In this document: positions 9,416 to 19,481 of the stretch, one piece after another
How positions within the stretch are numbered: the stretch's first letter is position 1
Layout: every line of letters begins with the position of its first letter
Made by a program: the position numbers and the translations under genes
Assembly: GCA_041649635.1 (NCBI GenBank)
Contig: JBAZMV010000005.1
Coordinates: 65,976-129,975, forward strand
Direction: 5' to 3'
Length of the DNA: 64,000 nt
Source of the DNA: Dehalococcoidia bacterium
GTDB lineage: Bacteria > Chloroflexota > Dehalococcoidia > E44-bin15
Notes under the pieces: model-generated
Told to the model about the DNA's origin: nothing
Databases searched by the model: none
Seen by the model: the letters and a program-made list of their open reading frames with translations, nothing else

Positions 9416-10714
9416 CTAATCTTCGACCCTGATGAAATTGGAGATCTCTTTAATCACGTCGAGGCGTGATATCTTGGCCATTGCTTTCTGCATGGCCTGC
9501 TCATTTGCCGGATAGGTCATGAGAACTATCTCGGCGGCCTTCTTGGAGACGTCGCTTTCCTTCTGGATCACCGACGAAATGCTCACTTCTTCATCAGCCA
9601 GCGCCTTTGATATTTTCGCCAGCACGCCGGGCCTGTCCACGGCGTTCATCCTGAGGTAGTAACGCGTCGTTATTGCAGACATCGGTTTGCCCCGCTTTTT
9701 CGGATCGAGGCGCAAAGTCGGCGTCAGGCTGATGCCCCTGTTGATGCGCTGTGCCACATCGATGACATCGGCGAGTATGGCGCTTGAGGTAGGAGCGGCG
9801 CCGGCGCCCCGCCCGTAGAACAGCACCCGTCCCACCAGGTCCCCCTCCACCTGCACGGCGTTGTAAACCCCGTCGACGCTGGCAAGCAAGAGGTCTTGAG
9901 GCAGGAACACGGGGTGTACCCGAACTTCGATCGAGCCCTTCTGTTCCTTGGCTATTGCAAGGAGCTTGATTTCATAGCCCAGCTCGTTGGCGTAACGGAA
10001 ATCGCGAGCCGTCAGGCGCGAGATTCCTTCATGATAGATGTCTTCCGGTTTTATCTTTACGTGGAATGCCAGCGTTGCCAGTATAGTGAGCTTATAGGCG
10101 GCATCTATGCCCTCCACGTCATTCTTAGGATTAGGCTCTGCGTAGCCCAGCTTCTGCGCCTGCTTCAACGCCGTGTTGAAATCGATCTGTTCGGAGGACA
10201 TTCGCGTCAGAATATAGTTTGTAGTGCCGTTGATGATGCAGTGTAGCGCGGATATATCATTGGCCAGCAGGTCCTGCTTGAAGGGCGCTATCAGCGGTAT
10301 GCCGCCGCCGACCGTCGCTTCATACATGATATCGACGCCGTTCTCCTGTGCCAGCTTTAGAAACTCGGGAAAGTGCTTTGCCATGACCTCTTTGTTAGAG
10401 GTGACGACGTGTTTTCCCTTGCCTAGTGCTTTCTTAATGAATTCTGCGGCGGGATGTTCTCCGCCCAGGACTTCGATGACGATGTCGATGTTCTTGTCGT
10501 TGAGTATGTCGGATGATTTCTGTGTAAACAGGGTCTTATCGAGCTTGGAGGCTTTTATCTTGGCGGAGTCTTTTTCCAGGATGCGTACGATTTCGAGCTT
10601 GCATCTCGCCTGTGATGAAAGCGCCCCGGCCTTCTCAAGCAACACCCTGGCCACGCCGCTGCCTATGACTCCGTATCCGAGGATGCCTATGCCGATGACG
10701 CCCTTCTTACTCAC
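9416..10714 (-). CDS. hom: Homoserine dehydrogenase
   Basis: N-terminal NAD-binding GIGILGYGVIGSGV. Central catalytic domain. C-terminal ACT domain. Confidence 0.85.
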   Translation of the reverse strand: MSKKGVIGIGILGYGVIGSGVARVLLEKAGALSSQARCKLEIVRILEKDSAKIKASKLDKTLFTQKSSDILNDKNIDIVIEVLGGEHPAAEFIKKALGKGKHVVTSNKEVMAKHFPEFLKLAQENGVDIMYEATVGGGIPLIAPFKQDLLANDISALHCIINGTTNYILTRMSSEQIDFNTALKQAQKLGYAEPNPKNDVEGIDAAYKLTILATLAFHVKIKPEDIYHEGISRLTARDFRYANELGYEIKLLAIAKEQKGSIEVRVHPVFLPQDLLLASVDGVYNAVQVEGDLVGRVLFYGRGAGAAPTSSAILADVIDVAQRINRGISLTPTLRLDPKKRGKPMSAITTRYYLRMNAVDRPGVLAKISKALADEEVSISSVIQKESDVSKKAAEIVLMTYPANEQAMQKAMAKISRLDVIKEISNFIRVED

Positions 10715-10729
10715 TCTCAGCGTCCTCCG

Positions 10730-11710
10730 TTACTGCAACTGTTCGACGGCCCAAGCGTATACTTCCGCCAGGTCTAGTTTAAGATTGCGTTCCACCTTGT
10801 CCGCGTAGGCTTGATAAAACCATTTATCTAACTCGGCGCTTCCGGACTGCTGGCGCAGGGTCTCGTCTATAGGGCCGTCTTTGCGGTCCAGTACTTTGAT
10901 AACATAGTATCCCGTCCCGTAGGGAAACGGGTCGCTTATGTTGCCGATTTCTATGGAAAACGCAACACTATCGAATTCTTCCTCCATAAATCCTTTGATC
11001 AACCATCCGGAGCTACCTGTATTACTATACATCTCCGCAAGCGTCTCAAAATCATTTCCATCACGCCAAAGCTGAGTTACTTCGTAAGCATTGCTTTCGT
11101 TAGAGAGAAAGAAAGTTTCCGCGGCCACCTGTTCGCCTGATTCTGGAATCTGGTCTATGTAATATAAGAGCAGATCTTGCTTGAGCAAGTCGCCCTTTAC
11201 AAATTTACGAAATTCCTGATCGGAGAGGCCCATGTTGTTAATCATGTCCTGGTATTGCTCTTGAAAATTGGTGTCGGTTATAGACTCGTTATCTGTTTGA
11301 AACATAGAACGTATAGTATCAGTGACTTCGGCGTCGGATACAGTAAGCCCAAACGATTTAGCGCTATCTTCGATTAATATGTTTCTTTCAATATTGATTA
11401 GCGGGGCTTCGCTAGTAATTGTTGAAGAATTGTATGCGCCAACTGCAAAGAGGAGCTTCAATTCGTCCGCATAGTCCGCTTTCTTGATGGCTACAGTGCC
11501 GGAATCAGTTTCAACTTTGCTCAACCAGTCGCTGGAGCGGGTGGCCACGAAGCCGCCTACGATAATTCCAAGCACTGCCACAATTATGACGACGCCCGAT
11601 AAGAACGTGATCCGCTGCCTGCGCTTCTCCCGTTGCCAGCGCGCTACGCGACGCGTGGTTACATGTTTGGATACGGCCTGTTTTTGCTGGTTTTTTCCTT
11701 TTTTTGCCAT
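10730..11710 (-). CDS. Membrane-anchored peptidyl-prolyl cis-trans isomerase (SurA/PrsA-like, parvulin-type)
   Basis: N-terminal basic region and TM helix. SurA_N-like middle. C-terminal parvulin-like segment GSSGWLIKGFMEEEFDSVAFSIEIGNISDPFPYGTGYYVIKV. Confidence 0.55.
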   Translation of the reverse strand: MAKKGKNQQKQAVSKHVTTRRVARWQREKRRQRITFLSGVVIIVAVLGIIVGGFVATRSSDWLSKVETDSGTVAIKKADYADELKLLFAVGAYNSSTITSEAPLINIERNILIEDSAKSFGLTVSDAEVTDTIRSMFQTDNESITDTNFQEQYQDMINNMGLSDQEFRKFVKGDLLKQDLLLYYIDQIPESGEQVAAETFFLSNESNAYEVTQLWRDGNDFETLAEMYSNTGSSGWLIKGFMEEEFDSVAFSIEIGNISDPFPYGTGYYVIKVLDRKDGPIDETLRQQSGSAELDKWFYQAYADKVERNLKLDLAEVYAWAVEQLQ

Positions 11711-11798
11711 CGTCCTGCAAATTCCTACAAGGATTCACTGATTACGGTCAAGGCGGTCTTGAAATTCACTAGTGAGCTAAATAGCTTTGCGGAATTAT

Positions 11799-12119
11799 CT
11801 AATCCCGCAGTCCTACTCTACCTGAATCGCGAATGTGTTCAGGAGTGAACGGCAGCAAGGCGATGTGTCTTGCCCGCTTTATCGATTCCGCTAATGTGCG
11901 CTGATGTCTGGCGCATGTGCCCGTGCGGCGCCTGGGCTCTATCTTGCCGCGGTCTGAAATGTAGCGCTGGAGCATGGCCACATCCTTGTAATCTATAACA
12001 CTGATATGGTTAGCGCAGAACGTACAGACCTTGCGCTTGGGTACGAATTTACGGGACCTGCCCCTTGTGTCCCTCCCTTTATTTTTCGATGCTGGTCTAC
12101 TAGGCTTCCTTCCCGGCAT
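11799..12119 (-). CDS. rpsR: 30S ribosomal protein S18
   Basis: CTFC...[48 protein letters not shown]. The exact start is uncertain (basic N-terminal extension). Confidence 0.8.
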   Translation of the reverse strand: MPGRKPSRPASKNKGRDTRGRSRKFVPKRKVCTFCANHISVIDYKDVAMLQRYISDRGKIEPRRRTGTCARHQRTLAESIKRARHIALLPFTPEHIRDSGRVGLRD

Positions 12120-12141
12120 TTTTTATTCCTTCCTAAATTAC

Positions 12142-12543
12142 TTAAAACGGCAGTTCTTCCGGAGGCACTTCCTCCCCGCCATCCACAGCCTCATCCGGAA
12201 GCGGCGCCGCTCCGGCGCGGTCTAGGAATATGACCTGGTTGGCTATTACCTCGGTGCTGAACCGCTTGATTCCTTCCTTGTCCTCCCAGGATCTTGTCTT
12301 GAGTCTTCCCTCAACATATGCCATGCGGCCCTTGGCTAGGAACTGGTTACAAAGCTCGGCAAGCTTGCTCCAGGCCACGACGGTGAACCACTCCGTCTCC
12401 TGCTTTCTCTCGCCTTCGGGTGTAGTGAACGTCCGAGAACTGGCCATACGAAAGGATGTTACGGGCTGTCCGCCGGGGGTGAATCGCATCTCGGGATCTG
12501 TGCCGAGGTTTCCGATAATCATGACCTTGTTAAGGCTTGCCAT
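12142..12543 (-). CDS. ssb: Single-stranded DNA-binding protein
   Basis: OB-fold SSB N-terminus MASLNKVMIIGNLGTDPEMRF. Acidic C-terminal tail ...EELPF. Confidence 0.85.
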   Translation of the reverse strand: MASLNKVMIIGNLGTDPEMRFTPGGQPVTSFRMASSRTFTTPEGERKQETEWFTVVAWSKLAELCNQFLAKGRMAYVEGRLKTRSWEDKEGIKRFSTEVIANQVIFLDRAGAAPLPDEAVDGGEEVPPEELPF

Positions 12544-12558
12544 TATTCACTTCTCCCC

Positions 12559-12846
12559 TTAAGCGTCTAATCTAACCAGCATGTGCCGTATGATGTCATC
12601 CATAAGTTTCAGGCTTGCTTCCAGCTCGGTGGCCAGCTTGGGGTCGAAACTACATTTAATGAGGGCGTAATTACCCTCGGTACATTTCTTAATAGTGTAT
12701 GCCAATTTCTTCCGTCCCCACTGATTGACTTCGGCAACGGTGCCGCCGCGGTCGGTTACGAATGTCTTCAGCTTCTCTAACGTTGCAGGGACGTCGTCAT
12801 CTGCAACTGACGGATTGACGATCACAACAAGTTCGTAGTCGTGCAA
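12559..12846 (-). CDS. rpsF: 30S ribosomal protein S6
   Basis: MHDYELVVIVNP...GTVAEVNQWGRKKLAY. Conserved rpsF-ssb-rpsR order. Confidence 0.85.
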   Translation of the reverse strand: MHDYELVVIVNPSVADDDVPATLEKLKTFVTDRGGTVAEVNQWGRKKLAYTIKKCTEGNYALIKCSFDPKLATELEASLKLMDDIIRHMLVRLDA

Positions 12847-12913
12847 TACAATTACCTCCAGATTTATCGCCTCAATGCATTGGATTATAGCATGAAAAGA
12901 TTATGAGCCACAA

Positions 12914-14182
12914 CTAATCGAGGCCGGGCACCGGGTATCGGCTGGTGATATCGTCCACGGCATCGCGCACTTCTTTATAAACGTTCTCGTCCCCTATGTT
13001 GGTCAATACCCTTATAATGAGTTTTGCTACTTTACTAACCGTGGACGCGTCGAGCCCGCGGCTGGTCACGGCCGGCGTGCCGATCCTTATGCCGCTCGCT
13101 ACCCGTGGCGGTTTGGTGTCGAAGGGGATGGCGTTGCGGTTAACCGTTATCCTGACGGAATCGAGCGCTTCCTCGGCCTCCCTGCCGGTGATGTTTATCG
13201 GCGTCAGATCGACGAGCATCAGGTGGTTGTCGGTTCCGCCCGAAACGAGCCTCAGCCCGCCTTTCTTAAACTCGTCAGCCATCACCTTCGCATTCTCTAC
13301 AATGGCTTTTTGATATGCGATGAAATCGGGCTTCAGCGCCTCGCCGAAGCACACGGCCTTGGCTGCGATGATATGCAGCAGCGGCCCGCCCTGAGTGCCG
13401 GGATCCACCGACTTATCTATTTTCTCGGAGAATGGCTGCCGGCACAGTATAAAACCGCCGCGTGGCCCGCGCAGAGTCTTGTGAGTGGTTGAGGTGACTA
13501 TCTCGGAATAGGGCACAGGCGAAGGATGTACGCCGGCCGCTATCAGTCCCGCGATGTGGGCCATGTCCACCATCAGCTTGGCTTCCACCAGGTCGGCTAT
13601 CTGGCGGAAGCGCTGGAAGTCGATAATCCTGGGGTATGCGCTGGCGCCTGCAACGATGAGCTTGGGACGGTGTTCCTTTGCCAGCTTCTCGACCTCGTCG
13701 TAATCGATGCATTCCGTTGTCCGACTGACGCCGTAGCTGACGAAGTTGTATATCTTGCCCGAGAAGTTTACCGGGCTGCCGTGCGTCAGATGGCCGCCGT
13801 GAGCCAGACTCATCGCCAGGATCGTATCTTTTGGATTAAGCAGGGCGAAGTACGATGCCATGTTCGCCTGTGAGCCGCTGTGGGGTTGGACATTGGCATG
13901 CTCGGCTTTGAACAACTTTAAGGCACGTTCCCGAGCCAGGTTCTCGGCTATGTCGACCGCTTCACAGCCGCCGTAGTAGCGTTTCCCCGGATAGCCTTCC
14001 GCATATTTATCGGTCAGCACGGTCCCGGCTGCTTCGAGCACGGCTTTAGAGGCGTGGTTCTCGGAAGCGATGAACTCCAGGTTGCGCGTCTGGCGTTCCG
14101 ACTCGCGGCGTATCGCCGAGCACACCTCGGGGTCGTTCTTTTCTAGCTCTGTACCATTGAGATATTTCTTAGCTTTATCCAT
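12914..14182 (-). CDS. glyA: Serine hydroxymethyltransferase
   Basis: [37 protein letters not shown] and the PLP lysine region ...[12 protein letters not shown]. Confidence 0.9.
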   Translation of the reverse strand: MDKAKKYLNGTELEKNDPEVCSAIRRESERQTRNLEFIASENHASKAVLEAAGTVLTDKYAEGYPGKRYYGGCEAVDIAENLARERALKLFKAEHANVQPHSGSQANMASYFALLNPKDTILAMSLAHGGHLTHGSPVNFSGKIYNFVSYGVSRTTECIDYDEVEKLAKEHRPKLIVAGASAYPRIIDFQRFRQIADLVEAKLMVDMAHIAGLIAAGVHPSPVPYSEIVTSTTHKTLRGPRGGFILCRQPFSEKIDKSVDPGTQGGPLLHIIAAKAVCFGEALKPDFIAYQKAIVENAKVMADEFKKGGLRLVSGGTDNHLMLVDLTPINITGREAEEALDSVRITVNRNAIPFDTKPPRVASGIRIGTPAVTSRGLDASTVSKVAKLIIRVLTNIGDENVYKEVRDAVDDITSRYPVPGLD

Positions 14183-14214
14183 GACTGTCCTTACGGGTTA
14201 AATTAAACAAAGAA

Positions 14215-14240
14215 GGCCACGAAATACTGTGGCGGTAGTA
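14215..14240 (-). terminator. Hairpin gccac-N-gtggc followed by a U-rich tract on the minus strand, between comF and glyA. Possible terminator or attenuator.
   Basis: ggccacgaaatactgtggc palindrome. On the minus strand it is followed by ttctttgtttaattt, about 30 nt before the glyA start. Confidence 0.25.
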
Positions 14241-14337
14241 AGTTTACTTCACAGCCTGTTTCCTGTCAATGGTCGGACGTTGTCCGCAGCTGCTGGTGTC
14301 GAACGCGTTGTTGCGGTGTCAGCTTTTCTAGTCAGTG

Positions 14338-15045
14338 TTAGATTTCCTTGGCGAGCGTGAGGCCCCAGACCGATGCCGCTCCGGCCGATTTCAATGAAGC
14401 GGCGCATGAGTTAAGAGTAGCGCCGGATGTGCATACGTCGTCGATTAGAAGGATGTGTTTGCCCGATACGCTCCAGCTGACGCATTCAAAAGCGTTTCTG
14501 ATATTCTCTTTGCGCTGTTCAACGCTTTCGGATTTGGCCTGGGAAGGGGTATGCCTGGTGCGGACAAGGGCTCCTTCCATAAGCGGTATTCGGGACATGC
14601 GGCTTAGCCTCCGGGCCAGCAGCGCCGTCTGGTTATAGCCCCGCTCCCGCAGCCTTCGCTTATGTATCGGGACCGGGATGATGATATCAAAGGACAGGCG
14701 ATGTTCGCTCAGATATTCCTTCAAGAAGCGGGACAGCGGAACCGCGAGCGTTTTGATGTTGTGATATTTAAGATTTATGATGGCTTGGCGGATGACCCCG
14801 CCGTATTCAAAAATCGAGTACACGCCGTCCAGTTCCCAGTCCTCCAGCCGGCATTTGCGGCAGATAGTTCCTTCCGATATCGGTAAGCTGCATCTTCGGC
14901 ACAGCGGCGGCTGGAGGTAGATAAGGGCGGCCCGGCATTTACGGCATAAAAGAGAACCCCCCTTGCCGCAGCCTACGCAGCGAGGAGGGAACAGAAAATC
15001 GAGCGTTCTATGTTTAAATAAGTTAAATAAACTATCCAGGTTCAC
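14338..15045 (-). CDS. comF: ComF family phosphoribosyltransferase-like protein
   Basis: N-terminal double CxxC zinc finger and PRTase motif LIDDVCTSGATL. Confidence 0.7.
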   Translation of the reverse strand: MNLDSLFNLFKHRTLDFLFPPRCVGCGKGGSLLCRKCRAALIYLQPPLCRRCSLPISEGTICRKCRLEDWELDGVYSIFEYGGVIRQAIINLKYHNIKTLAVPLSRFLKEYLSEHRLSFDIIIPVPIHKRRLRERGYNQTALLARRLSRMSRIPLMEGALVRTRHTPSQAKSESVEQRKENIRNAFECVSWSVSGKHILLIDDVCTSGATLNSCAASLKSAGAASVWGLTLAKEI

Positions 15046-15104
15046 CTCGCTTGTGAGCCTGCCTTTTCAGTTTATCGAGTAGGCGTAATAGTAAGCCCGT
15101 ATGA

Positions 15105-15356
15105 TTAACGTATCTTGGCGCTGTGTCCAACGCCGCTGACGATGGGCTCGTTGATATATAGATCGCCGTTCCTGATCTTAAGGTTGAATCCGCAATCGGG
15201 GTTAGTACAAACCCACGCTTTATAATGAATCGGCGCTCCCTGGCTGCCAAAGTCTGATAGCGGTACTAGATCTCCGACGTTGCATTTGAGACACTTGGGG
15301 AATGAATTACTGTCCAACACGAACCTCCCATCCTGATATCGGTATGTAGTATACAC
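15105..15356 (-). CDS. Small zinc-ribbon protein (hypothetical)
   Basis: 83 aa with CLKC...CTNPDC, i.e. Cys4. It sits between the MMPL gene and comF. Confidence 0.3.
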   Translation of the reverse strand: MYTTYRYQDGRFVLDSNSFPKCLKCNVGDLVPLSDFGSQGAPIHYKAWVCTNPDCGFNLKIRNGDLYINEPIVSGVGHSAKIR

Positions 15357-15431
15357 CCTCGGCCTGTTATTGACAACCCGAGGTTTTTATTTATGATTCT
15401 GGTGTAGTGTGCCGTCGATAGCATGCTTCAG

Positions 15432-18035
15432 TTAGGGCGACCCCTGTCTGGCTATGCGTCGCCTCTCCCTCCACGAGTCGATCCAGACTATGAGCGCCGG
15501 TAGTACGATCAATGTGCTCACGAGGGCGAAGAACACGTCTATTACCGTGATAAGGCCGAAGGAGCGCAGCACCGGGAAGTTCTGCGCTATCAGCAGCGCG
15601 GCGAAGCCGCCGATAACCGTCAAGCCCGATGCGATTATGGCGCGCCCGATCCTGGTAATGGCGATTTTCATGGCCTCCACGGGGTTTTCGCCCTTTTCGC
15701 GTTCCTCGTAATAGCGCATCATCAGCAGTATGGTGAACTCGGTGCCGATTCCTATGATCAATGCGCCCATAGCGGCGGTGGCGGGCGTATACTTGATGTC
15801 GCCGAGCCACATCACGCCGCTGGACCAGCCGATGATGAGGGCTACCGGGAGTATGGCCATAAATACTTTTAAGATGTTAAACCTGAAGAGTAACAACAAT
15901 CCGACGAAGATGAGGGCGATGCCGATGAGAGTCATCTCTACCCGGCCCCCGCTGAGGCCGTCACCGAGTATCCGCATCATGATAGGCCACCCCGTTACGG
16001 TGACCGTAACCCCCTCCGGATGTTGAGAAGCATATTCATTTAATGCCGTTTCAAGATCGCGCACCTGCGGGCCGCTGATCTTCCCGATGGTGACCATTAA
16101 GTTGGATCGAGTGTAATCCTCGGTGAGCAGATTGGCCCGTAACTGGGTTGGCAGCCCCTGGAGGGTGTCCTTGGTCTCTTCAGCCGTCTGCGGCACCGAA
16201 AGGTTCATTACATTGACCAGTTGCATCATAGCGCTGGCATAGCTTTCGGTGCCGCTCACCAGGTCGCCGTTTTCGGCCTCGATGCGGTCCTGCAGTTCCA
16301 GCACCCAGTTCACTATTTGAGGGTCGGTTACATCTTCGGCTTCTATAAGGAGACTAAGGAATTCCAGGCCTTCGACCACGCTTTCTACCTCGCGGAGGTC
16401 CTTGATCACCTGTGTCTCCTGGGAGATCATATTCATTTCGTCGGCCTCGGTTTCGATGTAAGGATCGGCGACGAGTCCGGCCACGGTTAGCGCGAGCGCT
16501 ATGGGTATGATGATCAACGGGTGTTTTACGACCCATGGTGCCAGGCGGTCGAGCCCGCTGTCCACGATATGTCTGGGTTTCTCTCTGGTCTTTTGCGGGA
16601 GCGCGATGCCCAGACGTTCGCGGTGCAGCTCTATACCAAGGCTTATGGCCGAGGCCAAAATGCCGAATACGGTGATGCCGATGCCGACGGCGAATCCGAG
16701 GTTGCCGAAAGAGATATCGCAGGCGATGAATACAATGCCGAACCCGACCAGGCTCAGGGTGAGGACGGCGGCGGCAAGCTCGGGCCCCAGCGTGAATTTG
16801 TTCTTGGGTTTTATCGTCCATTTGATACGGCGATTGTTGGCTGGTTTGGTGTCGGCCAGCCGGTCGCGCCGGTAAAGCGCGGAAAGCAGAAGGAACACTG
16901 AGAGGATATAGCATATGATCACTCCCAATATCAGCGTAAAGCCGAACCCCTGTATCATGGGAATAGGCGAGAAGAAGAGGGCGGCGAAACCCAGGCATCC
17001 CGCTACTATGGCGATGCCGATAGCCGGTCCGATATGCGTGACGGACTCCGTTATGGCGCCGGCAACCGTACTGCCTTTCTTCGATTCCTCGTCGTAGCGG
17101 TTATGGAACTGGATGGCGTAGTCTACGCCCAGTCCCAGCAGGATAGGGAAGGCGGCCATGGTGACCATGGTCAGTGGTATGCTGAGTATGCCCATGATCC
17201 CGAAGGTGTAGATGATGGCCAGCGCCACAACTCCCAGAGGCAGCCAGCGCCAGGCGAAGAAGCCGCGCACATTGAATATGAGCGCCAGGATGAGGAGCAT
17301 CAATATTACAGATACGATGAGCATATTGAGCATATCCTCTACCATCAGGTCCCCGATACTGGCGTATACGGCGCAATTGCCGCTGACGATCACGCTCACG
17401 TCATCGTTGAAGCCCGCCGAGGCTGCCAGGTCCTCCACCTTGCGTACCATGTCGCCCTGCTCATCCTGGGTCAGCGACCCGTCGAGCAGGATTGAGATGA
17501 GGGCGTGCTGGCCGTCGGGGAATACGTGCGTAAGTTCCGAAGCGACATCGCCCGTCTCGGGGTCTTTAATGATGTCAGCAAGCTCGGCCGGATCCGTGGG
17601 GAACTCCATGGAAGTAGTCGCCCCCGACAGCACTCTCTGCAGATGGGCCATTTCCAGGAGGAAAACCGGGCCTACAACAGAGTGGCTTGAGTTATCGGAG
17701 ATCATGCTTTCTTCTATAAAGTCCATGGCCGCGATGTTCTCCGGCTCAAGCAATTGGATAAGGTTATCTCCCGTTATCAGTACCACTATGGCATCGCTGC
17801 TGAAGTACTCGTTGTATCTGCTGAGGTCCTTATAAGCCTGCGAATCTGAAGAAACGAAAGTGTCGAAGCCGGTTTTCATCTCGACGCCATAGTATGCCGC
17901 GAAGACCGTAGGCACCAGAAGAACAAGGCTCAGAATCAGGAAAACCAGATGTCTTCTTTCGATGAACCTTCCCATGCTTCTAAAGGCCTGTTCGGCCGAA
18001 ATGATCCTCGATGGCTTTCTAAATGCTCGCTTCAT
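15432..18035 (-). CDS. MMPL/RND-superfamily membrane transporter (exporter), copy 1
   Basis: 867 aa with two 6-TMS bundles, each preceded by a large periplasmic loop. MMPL-like layout. Immediately downstream of a marR with a 15-bp gap. Confidence 0.75.
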   Translation of the reverse strand: MKRAFRKPSRIISAEQAFRSMGRFIERRHLVFLILSLVLLVPTVFAAYYGVEMKTGFDTFVSSDSQAYKDLSRYNEYFSSDAIVVLITGDNLIQLLEPENIAAMDFIEESMISDNSSHSVVGPVFLLEMAHLQRVLSGATTSMEFPTDPAELADIIKDPETGDVASELTHVFPDGQHALISILLDGSLTQDEQGDMVRKVEDLAASAGFNDDVSVIVSGNCAVYASIGDLMVEDMLNMLIVSVILMLLILALIFNVRGFFAWRWLPLGVVALAIIYTFGIMGILSIPLTMVTMAAFPILLGLGVDYAIQFHNRYDEESKKGSTVAGAITESVTHIGPAIGIAIVAGCLGFAALFFSPIPMIQGFGFTLILGVIICYILSVFLLLSALYRRDRLADTKPANNRRIKWTIKPKNKFTLGPELAAAVLTLSLVGFGIVFIACDISFGNLGFAVGIGITVFGILASAISLGIELHRERLGIALPQKTREKPRHIVDSGLDRLAPWVVKHPLIIIPIALALTVAGLVADPYIETEADEMNMISQETQVIKDLREVESVVEGLEFLSLLIEAEDVTDPQIVNWVLELQDRIEAENGDLVSGTESYASAMMQLVNVMNLSVPQTAEETKDTLQGLPTQLRANLLTEDYTRSNLMVTIGKISGPQVRDLETALNEYASQHPEGVTVTVTGWPIMMRILGDGLSGGRVEMTLIGIALIFVGLLLLFRFNILKVFMAILPVALIIGWSSGVMWLGDIKYTPATAAMGALIIGIGTEFTILLMMRYYEEREKGENPVEAMKIAITRIGRAIIASGLTVIGGFAALLIAQNFPVLRSFGLITVIDVFFALVSTLIVLPALIVWIDSWRERRRIARQGSP

Positions 18036-18050
18036 CTATGACTCCATCAG

Positions 18051-18560
18051 TTATTTCGTTTCATTCAGGTTGAATACGCGCGCCAGCTTGTCGAACACCT
18101 GGATGATGGCTGATTGCTCCTTATCGGTAAGCAGCTGCATGGTTTCTCTTACGCGCTTGATTACATGGATCTCGATGTACTCGTGAAGCTTGCGCCCTTC
18201 ATCGGTCAGGGCCACTCTGACGATCCTGCGGTCGTCCGGGTCCGACAGCCTTTGCGCATAGCCGTTGTCCACGAGCCAGTTCATCATTCTGGTTGTGGAG
18301 GACATGGGCGCCGAGATGGTCTTGCTAAGCTCTCCCATGGTGAGGTTTTGTGTTCCGTAGAGGGCGCTTGTCATGCTGTAGAACATGGCGTCTTCCGGCA
18401 GATGGTTCGTTGTGCCCGTTGACCTCATCTCGTCGAAGTATTTCTGCAGCAGCGTCAGTTCTTCCTCAAGGAGGTTTTTCAGGGACATGGTAACACAGAT
18501 AGCGTTTGCCACCAGCGACGATATCTGACTGTCCGAATTTATTTTGGAGGGTTTTTTCAT
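18051..18560 (-). CDS. MarR family transcriptional regulator (paired with MMPL copy 1)
   Basis: ...MGELSKTISAPMSSTTRMMNWLVDNGYAQRLSDPDDRRIVRVALTDEGRKL. Confidence 0.75.
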   Translation of the reverse strand: MKKPSKINSDSQISSLVANAICVTMSLKNLLEEELTLLQKYFDEMRSTGTTNHLPEDAMFYSMTSALYGTQNLTMGELSKTISAPMSSTTRMMNWLVDNGYAQRLSDPDDRRIVRVALTDEGRKLHEYIEIHVIKRVRETMQLLTDKEQSAIIQVFDKLARVFNLNETK

Positions 18561-18572
18561 GGATGTTTCAAT

Positions 18573-18612
18573 ATGGAATATTTCTAAATGGAAATATATT
18601 CCAAATTATTGT
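18573..18612. promoter_or_regulatory. Imperfect inverted repeat GGAATATTTC-N5-GGAAATATATTCC upstream of the marR-MMPL operon. Candidate MarR operator.
   Basis: Seen at 18573-18612, directly 5' of the marR start on the minus strand. Confidence 0.3.
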
Positions 18613-18614
18613 GT

Positions 18615-18880
18615 TTGTCAACCCCCTGCAATCCCCCTTTTTAAGGGGGAAACAATAACCGAACCCCCTATAGTCCCCCATATGTTGGGGGACATAAAAT
18701 ACCTAGGGGACACCCCTAAAACCCCGTCAGGAGACGAGTCTCCTGTACCTCTTTTCTGTAACTAACCTCTCTTTTCAAAAGAGAGGGCTAGGGTGAGGGC
18801 ACATGCCTCGTGTCTGTCATTCTGAATGAAGTGAAGAATCTCGGACTTGTCGGCTGGCTATTATGTTGGTAAATCATCGG
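18615..18880. repeat. Intergenic array of nested palindromic repeats: module A, then composite element B, then CT-rich hairpins.
   Basis: cccccttttaaggggg, tcccccatatgttggggga, ggggacacccc, caggagacgagtctcctg and cctctcttttcaaaagagagg hairpins. The same modules recur at 20390, 32150(inv), 57650 and 63180(inv). Confidence 0.8.
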
Positions 18881-18899
18881 CGGAGGGAGCTTGAATTTC

Positions 18900-19481
18900 T
18901 TAGGCAAGGAACGGTGCGGAATCGAGTCGATCGTAGATAGCTCCGGTGGGCGTCAGGGTGCTCTTCATCAGGCTGAGCTCTCGGAGCGTGAAAACGGCTT
19001 CGTAGTCGATCTTCTTATCTTTCACTACACCGGCGATCTCTCTGCGTTCGTCGGGGGTGGCGTTATCGCGCACACGCCCGAGGGTGAGGTGCGGCGTGAA
19101 GGCGCGGTTCTCCGCCACGAAGCCCAGCGGCACCAGCGCCTGCTCTATCTCGCGCTGCATTGCGGCCAGCGGCTCCGTATTGCCCTCAAGCGCGACCCAG
19201 ATAACGCGCGGCCTCTGCTCATTGGGGAACATGCCCAGCCCGCCGAGCCGCAGTTCCAGCGGCGGAACCTTGCCGGCGGCCGTACTCATGATATCCGTTA
19301 TCTGCGGTATCTGGCTTGTGAAGATATTGCCAAGGAACTTGACGGTCAGGTGCGTCCCATCGGGGGAGACCCATTTGACGTAGCGGTGCTGGGCCGGGCG
19401 CAGACGCTTGATGATCAGGGAAACGGTTTCCTTTACATCGTTGGGCAGTTCGAGAGCGATAAATGAGCGTATCGTCTCCAT
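18900..19481 (-). CDS. thpR: RNA 2',3'-cyclic phosphodiesterase (2'-5' RNA ligase family LigT/ThpR)
   Basis: Two H-x-T-x motifs: THLTVKFLG and PHLTLGRV. 193 aa. Confidence 0.8.
   Translation of the reverse strand: METIRSFIALELPNDVKETVSLIIKRLRPAQHRYVKWVSPDGTHLTVKFLGNIFTSQIPQITDIMSTAAGKVPPLELRLGGLGMFPNEQRPRVIWVALEGNTEPLAAMQREIEQALVPLGFVAENRAFTPHLTLGRVRDNATPDERREIAGVVKDKKIDYEAVFTLRELSLMKSTLTPTGAIYDRLDSAPFLA

Noticed and set aside
12006-12233. Small plus-strand ORFs overlapping rpsR/ssb (12006..12233, 12031..12225, 12230..12562)
   Set aside because: They are antisense to the conserved rpsF-ssb-rpsR operon.
14183-14337. Possible riboswitch/leader upstream of glyA
   Set aside because: Only one short hairpin plus a U-tract is visible. 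No recognisable riboswitch core (for example THF or glycine) could be identified by eye.
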